NCBI GenBank assembly: GCA_041946805.1
Contig: JBHGBC010000186.1
Span: forward strand, 1-10,775
Direction of reading: 5' to 3'
Length of the DNA: 10,775 nucleotides
Source of the DNA: a bacterium
GTDB taxonomy: Bacteria; Hinthialibacterota; Hinthialibacteria; Hinthialibacterales; Hinthialibacteraceae
Each line of letters starts with the position of its first letter. The first letter of the stretch is position 1. The notes beneath the pieces are model-generated. The model worked only from the letters and a program-made list of their open reading frames with translations. It was not told the DNA's origin and made no database searches. A program made the position numbers and the translations under genes. Positions 1-6,227 of this stretch are shown here, piece by piece.

Positions 1-69
1 CCAACTTGATCAACTGAGTTATAAGGGGTTATTAAAAAAATTACGGGGTAAGTTGCGTTAAGAGGATTC

Positions 70-168
70 GACTATCTTTTTTTCGATGGCGTGTCGGATG
101 GCATGCGCCGGGAAATCACGCACGCCCGCAGCCTCGGCAAACCCGTGATCGAGTTGACGGATGTCTGA
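70..168 (+). pseudogene. C-terminal fragment of a DUF4406/DUF1937-like (nucleoside deoxyribosyltransferase-fold) phage accessory protein
   Basis: Not in the ORF track. Frame 1 reads DYLFFDGVSDGMRREITHARSLGKPVIELTDV* (TGA 166-168). SxGMxxEIxxAxxxGKPV is the typical C-terminal motif of this group. An in-frame TAA at 49-51 and no upstream start mean the N-terminus is missing. Confidence 0.55.
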
Positions 169-169
169 C

Positions 170-334
170 GTGGGTTTGGAGCAGAAGGAGATCAAGGGCT
201 ACCTTGTCGATGTCGACACGGGCGAGTGGCTGGAGTTCCTGCACAACCCCAACGACATTGGCGACGACTATAGTGGCACAATTTTAGTTAGGCACGCAAA
301 ACAAAAATCCCAAAAATGGGACAATACTTTGTAA
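170..334 (+). pseudogene. N-terminal fragment of a phage/contractile-injection-system tube-associated protein
   Basis: GTG at 170, 1 nt after the previous stop. Reads MGLEQKEIKGYLVDVDTGEWLEFLHNPNDIGDD, resembling the GxLxxxxxxxxLxFxxNPxxI N-terminus of CIS/phage tube-initiator-type proteins. After ~268 it runs into AT-rich sequence and stops at TAA 332-334. Confidence 0.45.
297..321 (-). terminator. Possible weak intrinsic terminator downstream of the HEPN gene
   Basis: Minus strand reads TCCCA-TTTT-TGGGA then TTTTTGTTTT, ~95 nt after the HEPN stop. The stem is only 5 bp. Confidence 0.3.
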
Positions 335-417
335 AAGATACAGGGGATTCCCGGCCTGGCCTTCTTCCCCGCGCGGAGTGGCGGCGGAATATCAGGGTTG
401 TCGTTCCGCCGTCCAGA

Positions 418-834
418 TTACCCGCCCGGTTCCGGTAGATTCCAACCGATTTTTTCCTCGATCCGCGCCAATGCCTCTTCCGCGTACTGGACGGCGGTTG
501 ACGCTTCCTCAACCGGAATCTCGCGCCAATCGTCGGGATAACGGACCTCGACCGCGTAAGGCGCCAGTCGTTTCACGATGATTTCGAGACGCATCAGTTC
601 CGGATCGTGTTCCACGCAATAACTCAACAAAAGCGGGAGGTGATGGGTTTTCTTCACATGACGCCCGATATGGGTCAAATAGCCTTTGAGCGCTTTCTCG
701 ACGCATTGCTGGGTGTGGAAACAGATCATGTCCGTGACTTGCGGATTTTCCCGCAGCAACGTCCGCGCGGCGGCCAGATCGTGGCGGGCTTTCTTCAACC
801 AGCGGCCCGTGGTTATATTTTCCCCATCATCCAT
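418..834 (-). CDS. HEPN domain protein (partner of the MNT, putative toxin-antitoxin pair)
   Basis: Motifs WLKKARHDLAAA, CFHTQQCVEKALKGYL, KTHHL and YAVEVRYP are typical of MNT-associated HEPN proteins. The preferred ATG at 834 overlaps the MNT stop (ATGGATGA), giving 138 aa. Confidence 0.92.
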   Translation of the reverse strand: MDDGENITTGRWLKKARHDLAAARTLLRENPQVTDMICFHTQQCVEKALKGYLTHIGRHVKKTHHLPLLLSYCVEHDPELMRLEIIVKRLAPYAVEVRYPDDWREIPVEEASTAVQYAEEALARIEEKIGWNLPEPGG

Positions 835-1153
835 GGCAGACGATCCCCGTCTCATCGGCTTCCCGCGCGAGGGTGTTCGCCACCGGTTTCAAATGCGTCC
901 ATTCTTCCGATGTCAATACAAACACGTCGATGGGAACGTCCCCCAGTTCGAACAAATCCAAGACACGCTCCTTTACCTCCCGCTTCGAAAGGGGGCCGTC
1001 GTAGATCAGCAGCAGATCGATATCGCTGTCCGGACGGGCGTCCCCCTTGGCGCGGGAACCGAAAAGGATGATCCGCGTGGGTTGGACATCCTCCGCGACG
1101 CGCCGGACCACCCGTTCCACCACGGGATCTTTGACGGTTCCGGTTTGAACCAT
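827..1153 (-). CDS. Minimal nucleotidyltransferase (MNT, Pol-beta superfamily), putative antitoxin
   Basis: IILFGSRAKGDARPDSDIDLL matches the GS-x10-DxD signature, with a third Asp in PIDVFV. ATG at 1153 is preceded by AGAGGA 8 nt upstream, giving 108 aa. Directly upstream of and overlapping the HEPN gene. Confidence 0.93.
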   Translation of the reverse strand: MVQTGTVKDPVVERVVRRVAEDVQPTRIILFGSRAKGDARPDSDIDLLLIYDGPLSKREVKERVLDLFELGDVPIDVFVLTSEEWTHLKPVANTLAREADETGIVCHG

Positions 1154-1292
1154 GATAGGTATCCTCTTGAGAGGGGGGTGAAGGCCCATCCTCTTGTTTG
1201 ATCCTATTTTATATCACGGAAAGATGAATCGGTCAGGGTATTCCCCGGCGGGAGCGCCGCTCAAGCGCGCCGATCCCCGGCAAGCCGCCCAT

Positions 1293-1329
1293 AAAAAAGG
1301 CCAGGGGAAGGAAAATCCCGCCCCTGGCC
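1293..1329 (-). terminator. Rho-independent terminator
   Basis: Perfect 9-bp stem GGCCAGGGG (1299-1307) / CCCCTGGCC (1321-1329) with a 13-nt loop. A6 at 1293-1298 forms the U-tract on the minus strand. Confidence 0.7.
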
Positions 1330-1477
1330 CTTTGTCATGCCTCGTAGAGGGGAAAGCCTCAACTTTCCTCAACATAACCGAGAAAACGGGATCCTGGATT
1401 AATCGCCATCAATCCCATGAGCCACAGCAACCGCCCTGGCAATTGCGGGATAAATGACAGGGTAGGATGATAATCTG

Positions 1478-1520
1478 AAATATTGGTTGACAAATATTGT
1501 ATATATAAATTTCATATATT
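1478..1520 (+). promoter_or_regulatory. Putative sigma70-type promoter with operator-like repeats
   Basis: Perfect TTGACA at 1487-1492 in a very AT-rich tract, flanked by AAATATT repeats (1478-1484, 1492-1498). A near-palindrome ATATAT-AAATTTC-ATATAT lies at 1501-1519. The -10 at 17-bp spacing is weak (TTTCAT). RBS GGAGG at 1570-1574. Confidence 0.45.
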
Positions 1521-1580
1521 TTAGATCTTTGAAGAGGGCGTAATAGTAATTCAACGACATTATAAAAGTGGAGGCACAAG

Positions 1581-2054
1581 GTGATGAACGAGAATCTGAA
1601 GGAGATCAGGGCGGAGTTGGAACGGTGGGTACCCGCCCGCCATCGCCGCCATCATCTGGTGGAAATTCCCAAGGGGGAGGAACTGTTCCGCCAGGCGGGC
1701 AAGGAAAGTCCGGCGTACCCGAATCTGATCAGGACGCTGACCAAACTGTACAACATTCTGAATCAACAACTGGGAGTCATCTGCCAGGAACTGGGGTATC
1801 CACCCCATCAGTCGGAGTGGAAGAACGGCCGGCCGCTTGAGGTGATGAGACAAATCTGGAGGGGGATCGCGGTGACGAACTGGTACCAGTGGCAACTGGG
1901 CCAGATGCTGAACGAACAGGACCACCCCTGGGTCAACATAATTACGACCTCCGATCCTTGGAAGGAATTAGTCTTTCACGAGCTGATAGACGATCAATCA
2001 ACGAGCAAATCCGGGAAATCATCGCCCGCCGGGCCAACGCCCCCGAAACCCTGA
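1581..2054 (+). CDS. Hypothetical protein; probably the N-terminal part of a frameshifted methylase-like gene
   Basis: Strong GGAGG RBS at 1570-1574 before GTG1581/ATG1584. 157 aa, with a low-complexity, out-of-frame-looking tail (STSKSGKSSPAGPTPPKP). Confidence 0.55.
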   Translation: MMNENLKEIRAELERWVPARHRRHHLVEIPKGEELFRQAGKESPAYPNLIRTLTKLYNILNQQLGVICQELGYPPHQSEWKNGRPLEVMRQIWRGIAVTNWYQWQLGQMLNEQDHPWVNIITTSDPWKELVFHELIDDQSTSKSGKSSPAGPTPPKP

Positions 2055-2138
2055 CGGAGGAGGAGAAGGATATCCTGCGCCAATACACCGGCGCGGGGGG
2101 GGATTGCGTCCGACACTGTCGAGGTTCTTTCCCAGCAT
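1581..2138 (+). pseudogene. Frameshifted, truncated N-terminus of a large mobile-element N6-adenine DNA methylase/helicase (DarB-like)
   Basis: The alternative frame (ORF 1889..2203) reads NYDLRSLEGISLSRADRRSINEQIREII...LTEEEKDILRQYTGAGG, matching the TxEExxILxxYxGxGG motif that precedes the methylase domain in DarB-like/N-6 methylase-helicases. One extra C at the C4 run (1925-1928) joins it to ORF 1581. One fewer G at the G8 run (2095-2102) extends it to YTGAGGIASDTVEVLSQH, ending just before the expected (F/Y)YT motif. Confidence 0.55.
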
Positions 2139-2221
2139 CAAGGATCGCCAATTCTAGCAGCTTCCATTCAATGTTTCTCAGATCTGAAACGAATTATAGA
2201 TAGAATTCAGACGAGTAATCA

Positions 2222-3964
2222 TCAGATTCCCTGTTTGAGCCCCAATCTGGCGACAAGTTCTTTGAGTTGGTGCTCGATTGCTTGTGGTAGGTCTGATTGG
2301 AGAATTATGTCGATTAGTTCATCTCCTTTATACCATATTATCAGATGAGAATTAGAATTTCCTAAATTAATCATCAGTTTCGCAACATCTTCAGGATATT
2401 GTTTTGCTAATTCGCTTTTGGATAAATCATATATTATTGAGGATTGTTGTAATGGTGGTAATTGTTTTCTAGTTGCATGATCAACTGCTTCTGGAAATTC
2501 TGAACCTAAATGCGGCAACCAATCTAACATACGCTCGACCTCACCAGATTCGAGGGTAGCCGGTTTACCATTTATTCGATTCTCCCAGTAAGACTTAAGC
2601 CAACGCTGCCACCATTCTTGGCGCTTGGATTCTCTCATTCTCCTCAATTCACGTTGAACAATCCAAGAAAAATGAAGTCGATCTTCAATGCTACAATATA
2701 AGAAAAGTTCAGTAATCCAAGTCTTGAGTGGATCTTCTACATAATATCCCAGCAAAATTGTATAATATTCAATAAATCGATTACGGTTACCAGAAAGCTC
2801 ATCGTTGATTCGTCTTAAAGCCTTAAGAGTATATTTTGACAGCAGTTCAACTATTGTAGGATTCAGATAACCTGAGATTAAATATCCATCCCAGGCTATT
2901 TGAAACTCTTCTAAATCGTTATCTGGATCAAATAGTGGAAGCAGGTTATTCCGTGTCCATTCCTCATCAACTTCCAGCAGGTAGGCAAACCGGCTAAAGA
3001 GAATTGACCGTCCTAATTTACCTGGCAATGATTGATCCTGCATAATGTTTGTTAATACCCGGAAATATTCCTCACTTAAAGTTTTGGGTATGGGATCTTG
3101 ATGCCTCCGCCAGTGAGAAAGGCTCCCCAGCCAGAATTCGGTTAGGATTCCTGCAGGATGGTTGATTGCCATTTGAATCCAATCACTGCTTCTCTCGGAT
3201 AGTGTGGTCCGGTCAAGGTGCCGCCACAAAGCCTCAGCGATCTCGTTGGCCTGTGAGAGCATGCTTAGGGCATAAGGCTTGGTCTCATTTCTCAAGAATG
3301 CAGATAGCGAATCGGCAATGGTGCGGGCGTGTTCGCAGTATAGTTCAGTCCTACTTAGCCATTGCAGCACCTCTTTATACCTTTCTTCGTCCAGATAAAT
3401 TTCCGACCAGGCGTGTATCATTCCGTACCAGAGATCGGCATTCCATTTCCCGGCATCCTCCAATGCAGTTGCTAACTCGATCCCCCATTCGAATTGGCGT
3501 TTCACTGTCTCTTTGATTGTGATAACAAGCCCTTCCCGGTCCGGCCCAAGAATATCTGTGGCTTGGAAGGACAACAGTTCCGGCAACCACTCGGCAGGGG
3601 ATTTTGTCAGAAGATCTTCGACAGTCCAAGGGCTTTGGTGCCCAACCCAGCCAGAATTAATCCAGCGTGTAAAATCTGGATGTTTTCTTGGTCGAAAGTT
3701 CGGATAATTCACTAATACATCGTCCAGGGCTTGCTTGGCCAAGGGGCAATTAGGATCCGCATCATGGAGCCAGCGCAGCCAATCGAATTGTTTGCGTGCG
3801 GTGAGACGTTCCTTGTCGGTATTGTCATTATCTGGCCAGCGATAAGCCATCACAGACTCGATAACTGCTGAACGAGTTTTTGAATTAGTTTCAGGATAGG
3901 CAAGTTTCATTGCACGATATATTTCATGATGCGTTGAAGTACCGTGTAAACCGATATTTATCAA
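2222..3964 (-). CDS. DUF4020-like Trp-rich helical protein; C-terminal half of the Dsr1-like sirtuin
   Basis: 580-codon open frame continuing the SIR2 ORF. AINHPAG and WWQRWLKSYWENRINGKP...EVERMLDWLPHLGSEFPEAV resemble the DUF4020 region of SIR2-DUF4020 proteins. It has only a TTG start with a weak RBS. Confidence 0.7.
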   Translation of the reverse strand: MINIGLHGTSTHHEIYRAMKLAYPETNSKTRSAVIESVMAYRWPDNDNTDKERLTARKQFDWLRWLHDADPNCPLAKQALDDVLVNYPNFRPRKHPDFTRWINSGWVGHQSPWTVEDLLTKSPAEWLPELLSFQATDILGPDREGLVITIKETVKRQFEWGIELATALEDAGKWNADLWYGMIHAWSEIYLDEERYKEVLQWLSRTELYCEHARTIADSLSAFLRNETKPYALSMLSQANEIAEALWRHLDRTTLSERSSDWIQMAINHPAGILTEFWLGSLSHWRRHQDPIPKTLSEEYFRVLTNIMQDQSLPGKLGRSILFSRFAYLLEVDEEWTRNNLLPLFDPDNDLEEFQIAWDGYLISGYLNPTIVELLSKYTLKALRRINDELSGNRNRFIEYYTILLGYYVEDPLKTWITELFLYCSIEDRLHFSWIVQRELRRMRESKRQEWWQRWLKSYWENRINGKPATLESGEVERMLDWLPHLGSEFPEAVDHATRKQLPPLQQSSIIYDLSKSELAKQYPEDVAKLMINLGNSNSHLIIWYKGDELIDIILQSDLPQAIEHQLKELVARLGLKQGI

Positions 3965-3967
3965 GAG

Positions 3968-5758
3968 TCAATTTACTCTTTCATCCGCGGTTAGGTCTGT
4001 GCGAGCAGCCAATACATGAACGACCAACCTGCGTATAAGCGGCGTTTCCGAGTTTGAATTGAGATCACACCAATAGGCGGTATACTGCGGCTGATTCACT
4101 ACCATCCATTCAAGACAGTCGCGTGCCGCATCAATCAGCACATCGATAGCATTGGGATGTTTATCCTGCTCGTGTGGCTCGATGGCTGAGCGTCGCGAGC
4201 CAATTGCATTCCACTCATGGTCCGCCTTTTGCCATACGCGCAGCGTGAAATGTTGTTGCTCCAGGTGCCGGACAATCAGTTCCAGAAGCGGTTCGGCCAC
4301 TTGTGCCAATTTGGGCTTCAGTCCCTTTTCCCAAAGATCATTAAGCCAACATTGCTCTCCGACAAATTGTAATTCGAAATTGATCTTAGGACTAGGATCG
4401 TCCTTGTCGTCATCTGACCATTTGATACCCTCCTTCAGCCATACACAGCATTCAGACATGGCATCGAAGATTTGCAACAGGTCCGTCATTGCACCTTTCT
4501 CAACGCATAATTCACCCAAATTATACAGATGAATAGAACTTACATCAGGCGGTATGGTAGAAAGTAATAAGGAAATCCAACGGGACAAGATATTATCGTT
4601 AATTAGGCCTTGTTTCTTTAATGTAATTCCATTTACTATTTCCCTCCAAAAATCTGGATATATACGATTACCGTGCTTTGAAATAAGCAAAAACAGATAA
4701 TCTGAATGAGGGAGGGCATAATGCTCTGCCAGCCATCTTGCCAAGATCAAATCCCGCTCACAAAGTACTTCGTAAGAAAAAAGAGGTTCGAAATATTTGC
4801 GCCTGTCCAACCACAAAATCCAATCAGGTAGTCGTGAAACATCTGTGAAAAATCGTGTTTTAGCTACATCTTGTAATGCGTAATCAATGATGCCTGATTC
4901 TTCCTCACTGAGTGGTGGAGGATTTGTAGCGATAGTGGTTATCTCACGCTGCCAATCCAGGATGCTGCGACTGACCGTGTTGGCTAAATCACGGACGCCT
5001 TCATAAAGCGCACTAAAATCATGATCACTTGATTTTTGAAAAACGATGGGCTTTATCCCAAGTACTTGCCATTTCTGCTGGTCTTCGTCTTCTCCTGTGA
5101 GTGCAAAACGCCGCCCTACCTCGGTTTCTGGCAAGGCGCGAGCCAGGTAACTCACGATTGTGTCATTATGGCTATAACCAACAAAAAGAACAGTAAAATG
5201 TTGGAATAGGCTAACAAGAAAACGACTTGCCCCTCCATCGGTAAGATACGCCCGACCAAAGTCCTCATCTGTTAAGACCATTTCATGGGGAGTGGTTATA
5301 GCACCATGCAAGTGGACAATACCTTTGAAGTTATCTCCCGGAGGTAAAATCGGCTTTGTAAAAACCTCTGCCGCTGTGGAAAAAATATCAATAAATGCTT
5401 TTTCGAATAAGCGGTCATAATTTGTAGTCACTATGCGGACATTCGCAAGATCAACAAAGAGGCGTAAGATCTGCCGATGCAAATCAGTTGGTTCAAGGCC
5501 TTCATACGAAAGCACTTTTGCCGCCAATGAATGAACTTCAACATTCTTGAATTTAAGCCTACCCAGGAACCGGTCTACAGGTTCATTTTCTTGAATGGTT
5601 TCCCCAGTTCCCTCCGCGATGCGAATTGCAAGACCTCTGAAATCCGGTAGATTGGCTGGCTCACCCATTGAGACACCCGAACCTGCAAAGATCACCAATC
5701 TATTATCCCGTAAGGCGTCCAATAATGGATTGGGGAAATCGATATTCGCGATTTTCAT
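3968..5758 (-). CDS. SIR2-family (SIR2_2-type) NADase domain plus helical region; N-terminal half of the Dsr1-like sirtuin
   Basis: LVIFAGSGVS...LPDF, IVTTNYD, VHLHG, MVLTDEDFGRAY and VLFVGYSHND are sirtuin-like defence NADase motifs. 596 aa. Confidence 0.9.
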   Translation of the reverse strand: MKIANIDFPNPLLDALRDNRLVIFAGSGVSMGEPANLPDFRGLAIRIAEGTGETIQENEPVDRFLGRLKFKNVEVHSLAAKVLSYEGLEPTDLHRQILRLFVDLANVRIVTTNYDRLFEKAFIDIFSTAAEVFTKPILPPGDNFKGIVHLHGAITTPHEMVLTDEDFGRAYLTDGGASRFLVSLFQHFTVLFVGYSHNDTIVSYLARALPETEVGRRFALTGEDEDQQKWQVLGIKPIVFQKSSDHDFSALYEGVRDLANTVSRSILDWQREITTIATNPPPLSEEESGIIDYALQDVAKTRFFTDVSRLPDWILWLDRRKYFEPLFSYEVLCERDLILARWLAEHYALPHSDYLFLLISKHGNRIYPDFWREIVNGITLKKQGLINDNILSRWISLLLSTIPPDVSSIHLYNLGELCVEKGAMTDLLQIFDAMSECCVWLKEGIKWSDDDKDDPSPKINFELQFVGEQCWLNDLWEKGLKPKLAQVAEPLLELIVRHLEQQHFTLRVWQKADHEWNAIGSRRSAIEPHEQDKHPNAIDVLIDAARDCLEWMVVNQPQYTAYWCDLNSNSETPLIRRLVVHVLAARTDLTADERVN

Positions 5759-5797
5759 TTGCCATACCTATATTATGATGTCGCTAATACATCCGAA

Positions 5798-5842
5798 ACT
5801 TTTCACCCGCCTGAAGAGTTGTTTCATGAAGGAGTGAAAAGT
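5798..5842. promoter_or_regulatory. Inverted repeat in the divergent promoter region (candidate operator)
   Basis: ACTTTTCAC (5798-5806) and GTGAAAAGT (5834-5842) with a 27-bp spacer containing the palindrome TTCATGAA (5823-5830). Lies 40 bp upstream of the sirtuin start. Confidence 0.35.
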
Positions 5843-6227
5843 GGCTATTTTGGTTGTTGTGTCTATGTCAATGCAACCGTATATTGTCATGACTCAATTA
5901 TCTGATACGTAAAGTAAGGAATATCGACATTAGCACCACCTGTAAATATGGGTCTTGGTCACTGCGGTTGCCTTGTATCACCTCGTGCAGAATCCCTGCC
6001 GACCGGATTCTCTTCCCCGCAGTTTGTTTCTCCCATACTCTGCGTGTCACCAGGAAAGCCGTTCATCCTCAGGACATTCGTCAAAAACCGACACTCTTCC
6101 TTCCTTACGTCTGAGCCTTTTATCTTTTTTTCCCCACGATGGGCCGGCGCATCTATACTACCACGGATCAACATGTTATTATATTCAAAATTTAATGATC
6201 AATACCAATGGCCAGCGGGGTGATATC

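Larger units (their letters stand above)
2222..5758 (-). pseudogene. Defence-associated sirtuin (SIR2 + DUF4020-like C-terminus, Dsr1-like), ~1178 codons, interrupted by one in-frame TGA
   Basis: ORFs 3968..5758 and 2222..3964 are in the same frame, separated only by TGA (3968-3970) plus one Leu codon: ...TADERVN*LLINIGLH... Confidence 0.8.

Noticed and set aside
1..61. Open frame QLDQLSYKGLLKKLRGKLR* (2..61), possibly a gene end or IS end
   Set aside because: Only 19 codons at the window edge; cannot be assigned.
269..296. TATAGTGGCACAATTTTAGTTAGGCAC as a possible IS terminal repeat at the phage-fragment junction
   Set aside because: I found no matching inverted copy or transposase in the window.
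378..1457. Plus-strand ORFs 378..581, 607..1071, 686..1201 and 1194..1457
   Set aside because: They lie antisense to MNT/HEPN or run across the terminator, and have no motifs or convincing RBS.
2111..2121. Palindrome CGACA-C-TGTCG near the methylase truncation
   Set aside because: It is short and lies inside the inferred coding relic, ~17 bp before the junction, so it is likely chance.
3940..3970. Selenocysteine or alternative-code reading of the sirtuin TGA
   Set aside because: No obvious SECIS-like hairpin 3' of the TGA, the context suits Trp rather than Cys, and TGA is used as a true stop elsewhere in the window.
5955..6227. 91-codon N-terminal extension of the DUF499 ORF in the ORF track
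   Set aside because: Ser/Leu/Pro-rich and not family-like. The DUF499 N-terminal motif and an RBS point to ATG6228.
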